From a virus (Duplodnaviria; Caudoviricetes): a stretch of DNA of 29,956 bases. This document shows, one piece after another, positions 1 through 7,324 of the stretch (within the stretch, counting starts at the first letter, position 1; every line of letters begins with the position of its first letter). The notes beneath the pieces are model-generated. The model was not told the origin of the DNA. It ran no database searches and saw only the letters and a program-made list of their open reading frames with translations. A program made the translations under genes and the position numbers. Location: IMG/VR virus record IMGVR_UViG_3300006193_000035, positions 1 through 29,956 of that record; one strand, 5' to 3'.

Positions 1-3000
1 AGAAGAAATTCAGAATTGAAGAGCGCAATCAAATCTTTAAAATACTGTTTTTTATTTGCAAATGCTTTTCCTGCAGCAAGAACGTTGTTATCACTCCAGT
101 TAATAAAGTTAAACATAGATAGTGCTTGAAGAAAAGCTGACTTAGTATTCAAAAACATTATAACACCAACAGAACCGTTTATCCAGTCCATAATATCGTG
201 TGTTAACTTTTCATTCTTGTTACTAACATTTCTATTTCTACCAGTTCTCATACGCGTAAGTATATCTTCCATTGCGGTTCTATAATTCTTACCAAAAACA
301 GCTTCTAACTTGTTTAGGTTTTTTTCTGAAAAAATTATATCTGAATTCGCTTGCCATTCTGCTAAGTACTTAGCTCTGGTTGTAGTATTTAAACCCTGTA
401 GCAAGTCAGTGACTATATTACCTGTTGACCAGGTTTTACTTGGCTTAGGATAACCATCACCCTTAGTTAATGACATTACATGTTTTGCAAACATTTGTAA
501 CGCTGGGTTTATTTTCATAAAATCTTGCATCTCGCGTATGTCAGATTCACTTAACCCTGGTATAACTATATCTTTAGCTTTATTTTTTTCATCTTTTCTA
601 GCTTTGTAATTTTGGTATCTCCATATATATACTCTAATTGCTTGCTCCACAGTAAAATCAGAATATTTAACTGTTTTACCATTAACTTCTATAGGTTTAG
701 CCAAAGGTATCTTTTTTCTTAATTCACTACCTTTAGGTGCGTTTTTCATCTCTTTAACAAGCTCCTTATATCCTTGCATCAGTGTTGATCTAGCTGTTGT
801 TGCAGCTCGTATACCTCTAGCATAAGGGTCTAATAGATTCTCCTTAAGCCAAGCCATTTGCTCGTTACCTTCTTTACCTTTACCTAGCATAGCATATAAT
901 AAACCTACGAAGTCTTCAGCTGATGGTTTTATAATAGACCTAAAGAAACCTTTTCCCTTGCCTGCAATTTCTCCTCTAACCTTTGCGTATTCTTTACCAG
1001 CAGCTATACCAGTCTTAGCTTCTACCATTTTATTAAAATCACTATCGAGTTTAATGGCAAATGCCGCGTTTAGTTCATCAGCAGCTTTACTAAACTGAAT
1101 ATTATCTTCTTCTACGCCAAACGTGGTGTTAGATCCATCTGCGAGTTTTATTTGTTTAGAGTTAACGGCAACGAATTGCTTACCTTCAAAATCTTTCCAA
1201 TCAGTTTTAAGCGTATAGTAATTGTGCCATTCATCGTCTAGTATAATAGCTCCGTCTTTACCTGATGTAGGTCTCCACTTATTTCTTAAGTTATTCCGAC
1301 CATGTTTAACGAAATCTATCCAAAAATTATCAAACACATCAGGATTTCTTATGTTTAAAAAAGCTTGAAGTATTTCATACTCACCTTTTCTCTTCTTGTA
1401 GAACATTTCCGCCCATAAAACAGCATTACTTTTTTTGTCAGTAAAAAATACACCCTCACGAGTTAAAAGAGCATTTATTATATATCCAGTATCACCTTTA
1501 GTTTTGTCTCTAGCTCTCCAAACGACTCTTGGTTCACCATTCTCATCAAGAACCTTACTTGCGTTATCAGGATCAAACTCCCAGTCGCCAAACCATTTCT
1601 TAAAAGCAGGTGTTCTTACTATGTCGTATTGTTGATCATTTAAGTTTGATCGTTCACCATTTGGTGCTAATCTCTTTGTTCGTGGCTTGTCACGCTTATT
1701 CAGTCTGCTATGAAGTTTTTTATTGTTATCGTCAGCCATAGCATGTTTCTTATCAAGAATTACACCTATGGTTTCATCTGACTCACCAGCTTTATACATT
1801 CTTTCTGCAACATTATCTATGCTCTCAAAAAAATCTAAATATCCCATCTGCTTAAGTACATCTGCATTTGTAAAAGGCTTAGTTAGTCTAAAAAGCTTAG
1901 GTAGCATGCTATTATTTGCTTCTGCTGCTTTATCTACAGACTTACTAAGTTGAATAGAGGAAGCTTTAAAAGCATTAAGTGCCTTCATTTCATCTACAGT
2001 AACAACAGTATTTGGCTTTACAAAAGTTCCTGCTGCGTAAACATAATCATCTAGTTCTCTAAATAATGGATCAATTTGCTCTGTGAAAGTATCAATATCT
2101 ATATATCCAGATTCTAATTGAGCGTCAAGCTTGTTCATTTTATATTTTATTTCTTCTTCTCGAGCTAAATCAAAACCTTTCCCGTCTTTTGGTGTATAGC
2201 TTGATTCTTGATACATTTGTTTCTCGTTTCTAAGTGCATGTTCACCTGTACCTACATAAGTATCTAAATATACTTTTTTGGTTGTGAAATCTAAATCTCC
2301 TTTTATTTGTACCTTGCTACTGTATGGATACTTTGAAGTAATCCTTTCTTCTACAATTGTAGTCGTTATCCTAGCATCATTATCACCAAAAGGTTGATTA
2401 GCTATGTATTCATAAGTAGTGTTGGTGGTTTTATTTTTGATTTTATAAGACTTTTTACCAGCACTAGGAAAGGTGCCAGTTCTAGCAGTCTCTTGCTGTT
2501 CTTTTAATGTTTGCTTTGGTGCACTTTTGTATACTGCTATTTTACTTCTAACATTAACGCTTGTAGCCTTAAATCTACCATCTTTATCAGTTTTATCATA
2601 TTTATAAGTTTTCGTTGTAGTTTCAGAATTTGAAAGACCTGTATATTCAACTTCTATTTTCTTAACGATCTTATTGTCTTCATAACGTACTTTTTCTACT
2701 AATCTTTTGTTTGAGTCATATAATTCATATAATCCATCTTGAATTTGCTTGCTATTTTTCTCATACCCAGTAATTCGAGTAGTATTATTACTAGTATTAA
2801 CACCACCTAGTATTTTAAGACCAAAAGTCTTAGAGTTTTTGTCCTTGTCAACACCTAGAGATATCTTTAATGTTGTAGTATCTTCATCAAACCTGTCCCA
2901 CCAGTTAGTAAGAACTTCTGGGCCTCTCTCAAATCCTTCATCGGTCCTTTCTTCGACTTCTTCTTCAACCATTTCTCCACCATCTCTAAATGATATTAAT

Positions 3001-6000
3001 TTACCACCTTGAAAGGCTATTTTATACCCTTGTCTGCCTAAATTGTACATTTTCCACATATTACCAGCAGAGTATAGCTCTGTCTCAGAATCATAAACAA
3101 AAGGTTCCGCTACATTAATTGAAAATTTACTTCCTTCTTTAAATAAACCATCATCTATGTCCATTTGGTCAACTGAAAAGATTTCTGATACTCTATAACC
3201 TTTAGCTGTTACTTTACGTATATAGCTCTTGGCATCATCTTTATTCTTGAATTCCTTTCTAGCAGACTTAGTTCTAGTTCTAGCTATTAAACACCACGGG
3301 TTAGCGTTTATACCCCATTCGCCGTCAACAATACCTCTAACAGCTTGTTGACCAGCCTTAGAGTCTTCAACGTCATATATAACTACTCCGTTTTCAAGTT
3401 TTTGTTTATTGGTGAATTCCTTTACTCCGTCTGGATTTATTTGTTTTGCTTTCTCAAACTTAGTGTACTTAACTATTAGTTCATCTGGATTTTTATAAGC
3501 ATATGGATCTATTTTGTTCTTTTCAGATAATCTAACAACTTCTTTAATTTTATAACCGTCTTCTGGAAATTTAGTATAACCATTAGCAGTATAATATAGA
3601 GCTAATTTTTTGTATTTGGACTTTTGATTATCTTTAACTTTTAGTCCATCAGCCCATTTAAAAAGCTCATCAACCTGTTTAGGTATATCTATTAGATTAG
3701 GTCTTTTTTTCCTAAGAACATTTTCATATTCTTTTCTTAACTCATCCTTTCTACTAAATTGAATTTTAAGTAATAAGTCGTGATCACTATCCATTGTTAA
3801 GCCAAGACTAAACTGAATGTCTTGTAAGCCACCTCTATAGTTAGCCGCTTGCTGTTCAGTTAAGTCGCCAAATCTTCTGGAATATTCATTTTCAACTAAC
3901 CTAGTTATAACGTTAAGTAAGCCTTTTATAGTTTGACCTTCTGGAAGTTTAGGAGAAACATTGCTCTTTAGCTTACCATTCTCAAAACCTATGCCAGCTA
4001 ATATGTCTTTTCCAGTAAGGTTTCTCTTCTTGATGTAAGGCGATAAACCAGGCCCAGTTCTTACTCTAGACGTATCTTTATTGTAGTAAGCACGAAGAAC
4101 GTTTCCAGGTATATTTGAACCAGTTCCTTGTAGTTCGAGAGATACAGGCCCGTCAACATATCCTTTAGGTAGAAGCGTTGCTATTAAGTCTGCATGCTTA
4201 AATATATACATAGCACCTGCACGTAGCTCCGCTGAACTTAAATTAGCTGTTTTATCTACTATCTTTTTAGCTGGTACCCCAATCTCTTCACCCATAATAT
4301 CAGCTGCTAAAAATGGAGCCTTTTTAAATGTACGTTTTTCTGGTGGTACATTTATTATATCTTCTGCAATTCTTCGTTTAAGCTTAGCTCTTAGTTTATA
4401 ATTTTCTATAAACCTTTCTGATGCCTTTATTTTCTTAGCATTTTCTTTAGCTTCTGATAGCTCTGCTTCTTCTACATCAAACTCTTCATCAGCTGCAATA
4501 CCTGTTACAGCTCCAATCTCTCCAGACTCTACATCTAAACTAGCAGTTAGGTTTGCCTTATAAGACTTAAGCACATCACCTTTTCTAAATCTTAATTGAC
4601 CATTGATAAAGCCTATTAAACTGTTGTTTTTCTCTGGATTAAAACGCATCAAAGTTTCAGTTAATCCATCTTTTACATCATTAGTGAATTGTTTAAGGTA
4701 ACTAGGTTCGCCTACTACTCCTCTTCTTATCAATGCATCTATTATTGTGCCTGATATAATAGCCTCATAAGCATCTACTAATCCACCATCATCCCATTCA
4801 TCTTTGGTCATGACGTAATCACCATCTTCGTTTTTCTCACCAACAAGATCATCAACCTTTTTATTTAACCCTTTCTGATTATCAGAGACTCTTTGTTTAG
4901 GTTTATCTTTTGTTTCTTTTGTAGCTATAGGTTCATCTTTTGTTTCTCTTTCAGGCCTAGATCTAGCCTCTTCTAGTTGTTTAAATAATTCCTCAGTTTT
5001 TTCTTGGAAAAAATCGACATCTATAGAACCATCATTCAATTGCTCGTCTAACTTGTCAATTTGAGCTTCTATTTTATCAACCTCAGCTGACTTCTGCTGT
5101 GTATTTATAGCATCTACTTTTGATAAATCTAAATCCTTACCTAAAGCACCTCTCATCTCCTCTGTAAACTCTCCTTTTTCAATGCTTTCTTGATACTCTG
5201 CCATAAACTCGTAGGCATCTTTACCAGACTCAAGTGACACATTATTTACTCCAGCTTTCTTAAGAGTACCTATTATTGCATCACTTAATTTTTCAAGTGC
5301 TGACTTATCATAGTTTATTTTCTTTTTACTCAGCAAATCGCTAAACACAGTTAGATACTCCGTAGCTCTTTCTGATCGACTTTTGTAACCTCTTTTTGTT
5401 AACTCATCTTCAACTTTTCTCTTTTGATCCCAAGTCATAGACTTTTTAAAGGATCTTACTATTCCTAATTGCTTTGATGCATCACCAATTAACTTGTTTA
5501 ATATAGGATGTAGTATTTCATGTGCACCAACATTTATAGCACCACCTTTTCTAGCTCCTTCTTTATTTATAAATATTTTTCCTTGACCTACAAATGATGC
5601 TTCACTTCTTAATTGTGCATTCTCAAAGTCTTTAAAAGAATCATACTTACCTTTTTCTTCTTTAGACATTTTAGACCATTTCTCTAAATTCATCTTCTTA
5701 GCGAGAGGCCTTAATGCCTTTAGATATTCTTCTTCTGTCTCTTTTACTTGTACGTCTAAGCCTAATTTTTCACCTTCTTTTTTAGCAAACTCTATATTCT
5801 CACTGAGTCGCATGTCCACCAAAGTTTGCCTAGCACTATTGTATTCTTCATTAAACCCACTTAAAGCTGCGTTATATTCTTCCTGTGATATATCTCCTCT
5901 TCTAAATTTTTTGTTTAATTCAGTTATATTATAGCTAGCTGCATCAGCGAGTTCAGTTAAATCTTCTATCTCTTGTATTTGACCATCGCTTAAAGAGTCA

Positions 6001-7316
6001 TATATCTCATTACCCTTATCAACTGAGTCAGATATATCTTGCTCTAATTTATCTATTTTAACTTGTAACCCTTTCTTAACGGTATTGTCTGTTGCTGCTT
6101 GCTTTTGGTTATTAAGTTTAACTAACTTATCTATGTTTTCTGTAGTTGACTCACCGTCTACGATATTTCTAATAGAAGACATAGCTTTAGCACTAACCGC
6201 TGCGCCACCAATACTCGTTGCACCAAAAAATCCTTGTATACCGGCTTCTAATCCTTCTTCACTAAATGCCGCATCCCATACAGTAGTTGCCACTTCTGCT
6301 TGTTTATCAGTACCAGCGACAGAACCAAACTCCTCATTCACCTTATCAGATGCGTGCTGAAGTATTTCTGTACTAAACTCTGTCAATCCACTGTTTAATA
6401 TTGCCATTGACGTTCTAGCGTTCTTGTTGTAAAAAACTTTCTCCGCTAGACTTTTATTCATCTGCGCAAATAAACTAGCTGAACCTTTACCAGCAGTTCC
6501 TTTAATTATTCCTCCAACTGTTTTACCTATAAATCCTAAGCTAAGCGCTTCAAGTCCAGTTGAAACAGCAGCCATAGTTAAAGGTATACCGTTGTCAGCC
6601 TCTCCAGATTTTATTAACTCATCCATTGAGACACCAAGGTTCTCTGCCTTTAGTTTATTATAGTTTATGTAATTATCAGCTGCATAGTCTGAAAAAAAAC
6701 CTACACCTAGTGTAGCAACACCATATGCAACACTACCTAACCCATTAGCTGCTGCATTAAATATACCAGCGGCAACACCAGCTGCATCACCTTCCTTAAT
6801 ACTTTTAATTACTTCTAAAGTAGGTAACGTCTTATCTTGCTCTATTTTCCTTTGTCTTATATTTTCAAATAAATCTTCTTCACTTAATCCTTGCGTTAAA
6901 AAATCATATCCAGTGTCTTCTGTAAACTCCTGTACTGATGCAGAGCCAAATACCGCATCAGCCATTGACTTAGCCGCTATTTCTAAACTAGCATTAGCTC
7001 CTTTTTCATCACCTGAATACAAGCCATAAAACTCAGGTATATCACCTAGTTGTTCTGTGAAGTTTGATAAAGAGTTATATACTGATTCAAAAAAACCTAA
7101 ATCCTTAGCTTTTTCTGGTGACTCCAAAGAACCATCTTCCAATGCTAAATCCGTATCTGCTTCTTCTGTTTCCGCTGTCGCAGTCGCAGTATCCTCGACA
7201 GCATTTGGCTTTTCCAAGCCATCAACTTTTTCGTACTCTTCAATAACCATCTTGATGTTTTCTTCTGGCTCACCAGCATCAATCATGCGTTGTACAATAA
7301 CTTCTAATTCTTCCAT
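1..7316 (-). CDS. Giant polyvalent internal virion (ejection) protein, truncated by the window edge (>2,438 aa)
   Basis: ATG at 7316, 9 nt after the upstream stop, begins MEELEVIVQRMIDAGEPEENIKMVIEEYEK. I translated the same frame at many points down to base 1 (...ANKKQYFKDLIALFNSEFL) without a stop. The track lists no minus-strand ORF here, as expected for an ORF with no stop in the window. It contains HEILH (5522..5508), RFNPEKNNSLIGFING (about 4647..4600), NPWCL (3302..3288) and RTPAFKKWFGDW...DENGEP (about 1616..1530). Confidence 0.92.
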   Translation of the reverse strand, partial: MEELEVIVQRMIDAGEPEENIKMVIEEYEKVDGLEKPNAVEDTATATAETEEADTDLALEDGSLESPEKAKDLGFFESVYNSLSNFTEQLGDIPEFYGLYSGDEKGANASLEIAAKSMADAVFGSASVQEFTEDTGYDFLTQGLSEEDLFENIRQRKIEQDKTLPTLEVIKSIKEGDAAGVAAGIFNAAANGLGSVAYGVATLGVGFFSDYAADNYINYNKLKAENLGVSMDELIKSGEADNGIPLTMAAVSTGLEALSLGFIGKTVGGIIKGTAGKGSASLFAQMNKSLAEKVFYNKNARTSMAILNSGLTEFSTEILQHASDKVNEEFGSVAGTDKQAEVATTVWDAAFSEEGLEAGIQGFFGATSIGGAAVSAKAMSSIRNIVDGESTTENIDKLVKLNNQKQAATDNTVKKGLQVKIDKLEQDISDSVDKGNEIYDSLSDGQIQEIEDLTELADAASYNITELNKKFRRGDISQEEYNAALSGFNEEYNSARQTLVDMRLSENIEFAKKEGEKLGLDVQVKETEEEYLKALRPLAKKMNLEKWSKMSKEEKGKYDSFKDFENAQLRSEASFVGQGKIFINKEGARKGGAINVGAHEILHPILNKLIGDASKQLGIVRSFKKSMTWDQKRKVEDELTKRGYKSRSERATEYLTVFSDLLSKKKINYDKSALEKLSDAIIGTLKKAGVNNVSLESGKDAYEFMAEYQESIEKGEFTEEMRGALGKDLDLSKVDAINTQQKSAEVDKIEAQIDKLDEQLNDGSIDVDFFQEKTEELFKQLEEARSRPERETKDEPIATKETKDKPKQRVSDNQKGLNKKVDDLVGEKNEDGDYVMTKDEWDDGGLVDAYEAIISGTIIDALIRRGVVGEPSYLKQFTNDVKDGLTETLMRFNPEKNNSLIGFINGQLRFRKGDVLKSYKANLTASLDVESGEIGAVTGIAADEEFDVEEAELSEAKENAKKIKASERFIENYKLRAKLKRRIAEDIINVPPEKRTFKKAPFLAADIMGEEIGVPAKKIVDKTANLSSAELRAGAMYIFKHADLIATLLPKGYVDGPVSLELQGTGSNIPGNVLRAYYNKDTSRVRTGPGLSPYIKKRNLTGKDILAGIGFENGKLKSNVSPKLPEGQTIKGLLNVITRLVENEYSRRFGDLTEQQAANYRGGLQDIQFSLGLTMDSDHDLLLKIQFSRKDELRKEYENVLRKKRPNLIDIPKQVDELFKWADGLKVKDNQKSKYKKLALYYTANGYTKFPEDGYKIKEVVRLSEKNKIDPYAYKNPDELIVKYTKFEKAKQINPDGVKEFTNKQKLENGVVIYDVEDSKAGQQAVRGIVDGEWGINANPWCLIARTRTKSARKEFKNKDDAKSYIRKVTAKGYRVSEIFSVDQMDIDDGLFKEGSKFSINVAEPFVYDSETELYSAGNMWKMYNLGRQGYKIAFQGGKLISFRDGGEMVEEEVEERTDEGFERGPEVLTNWWDRFDEDTTTLKISLGVDKDKNSKTFGLKILGGVNTSNNTTRITGYEKNSKQIQDGLYELYDSNKRLVEKVRYEDNKIVKKIEVEYTGLSNSETTTKTYKYDKTDKDGRFKATSVNVRSKIAVYKSAPKQTLKEQQETARTGTFPSAGKKSYKIKNKTTNTTYEYIANQPFGDNDARITTTIVEERITSKYPYSSKVQIKGDLDFTTKKVYLDTYVGTGEHALRNEKQMYQESSYTPKDGKGFDLAREEEIKYKMNKLDAQLESGYIDIDTFTEQIDPLFRELDDYVYAAGTFVKPNTVVTVDEMKALNAFKASSIQLSKSVDKAAEANNSMLPKLFRLTKPFTNADVLKQMGYLDFFESIDNVAERMYKAGESDETIGVILDKKHAMADDNNKKLHSRLNKRDKPRTKRLAPNGERSNLNDQQYDIVRTPAFKKWFGDWEFDPDNASKVLDENGEPRVVWRARDKTKGDTGYIINALLTREGVFFTDKKSNAVLWAEMFYKKRKGEYEILQAFLNIRNPDVFDNFWIDFVKHGRNNLRNKWRPTSGKDGAIILDDEWHNYYTLKTDWKDFEGKQFVAVNSKQIKLADGSNTTFGVEEDNIQFSKAADELNAAFAIKLDSDFNKMVEAKTGIAAGKEYAKVRGEIAGKGKGFFRSIIKPSAEDFVGLLYAMLGKGKEGNEQMAWLKENLLDPYARGIRAATTARSTLMQGYKELVKEMKNAPKGSELRKKIPLAKPIEVNGKTVKYSDFTVEQAIRVYIWRYQNYKARKDEKNKAKDIVIPGLSESDIREMQDFMKINPALQMFAKHVMSLTKGDGYPKPSKTWSTGNIVTDLLQGLNTTTRAKYLAEWQANSDIIFSEKNLNKLEAVFGKNYRTAMEDILTRMRTGRNRNVSNKNEKLTHDIMDWINGSVGVIMFLNTKSAFLQALSMFNFINWSDNNVLAAGKAFANKKQYFKDLIALFNSEFL
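1089..1100 (-). repeat. IQFS linker motif, copy 4 (ATTCAGTTTAGT)
   Basis: In frame with the giant ORF; identical 12-mer to 3807..3818; lies just after the ART-like domain. Confidence 0.75.
1101..1670 (-). other. ART-PolyVal-like ADP-ribosyltransferase-fold domain within the giant ORF
   Basis: LAPNGERSNLNDQQYDIVRTPAFKKWFGDWEFDPDNASKVLDENGEPRVVW...GVFFTD...AFLNIRNP...GKDGAII...QFVAVNSKQIKLADGSNTTF follows the motif order I recognise for this family. Confidence 0.8.
1944..1955 (-). repeat. IQLS linker motif, copy 3 (ATTCAACTTAGT)
   Basis: In-frame variant of the IQFS motif, lying between the NPWC/MORN-like module and the ART-like module. Confidence 0.6.
2046..2153 (-). repeat. 36-aa helical-hairpin internal repeat, copy 2
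   Basis: EIKYKMNKLDAQLESGYIDIDTFTEQIDPLFRELDD aligns without gaps to 4968..5075 at 15/36 identical residues. Confidence 0.75.
3753..3818 (-). repeat. IQFS linker motif, copies 1 and 2 (3807..3818 and 3753..3764)
   Basis: Translation is IQFSLGLTMDSDHDLLLKIQFS; the DNA copies are ATTCAGTTTAGT and ATTCAATTTAGT. Confidence 0.75.
4500..4739 (-). other. Sigma70 region-2-like segment within the giant ORF
   Basis: DVKDGLTETLMRFNPEKNNSLIGFINGQLRFRKGDVLK...TASLDVESGEIG resembles sigma region 2.2-2.4 (L..A...FDP.KG..F..Y....IR) followed by a region-3.2-like SLD motif. Similarity judged by eye. Confidence 0.5.
4968..5075 (-). repeat. 36-aa helical-hairpin internal repeat, copy 1
   Basis: KIEAQIDKLDEQLNDGSIDVDFFQEKTEELFKQLEE; partner copy at 2046..2153. 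Confidence 0.75.
5340..5600 (-). other. Zincin-like metallopeptidase domain within the giant ORF
   Basis: Beta strand KIFIN followed by NVGAHEILHPIL (HExxH, His codon 5522..5520), and a downstream candidate third ligand E in ATEYLTVFSD (5360..5358). Confidence 0.75.
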
Positions 7317-7324
7317 ATTAGTAT

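Noticed and set aside
1-7316. Apparent 7-kb gene desert or region needing an alternative genetic code
   Set aside because: It is a single open minus-strand frame in the standard code, omitted from the track only because its stop lies outside the window.
1-7316. Virion RNA polymerase in the giant ORF
   Set aside because: I saw no DxDxD-type catalytic motif in an RNAP-like context. IDVD and IDID belong to the helical repeat. The unseen C-terminus cannot be judged.
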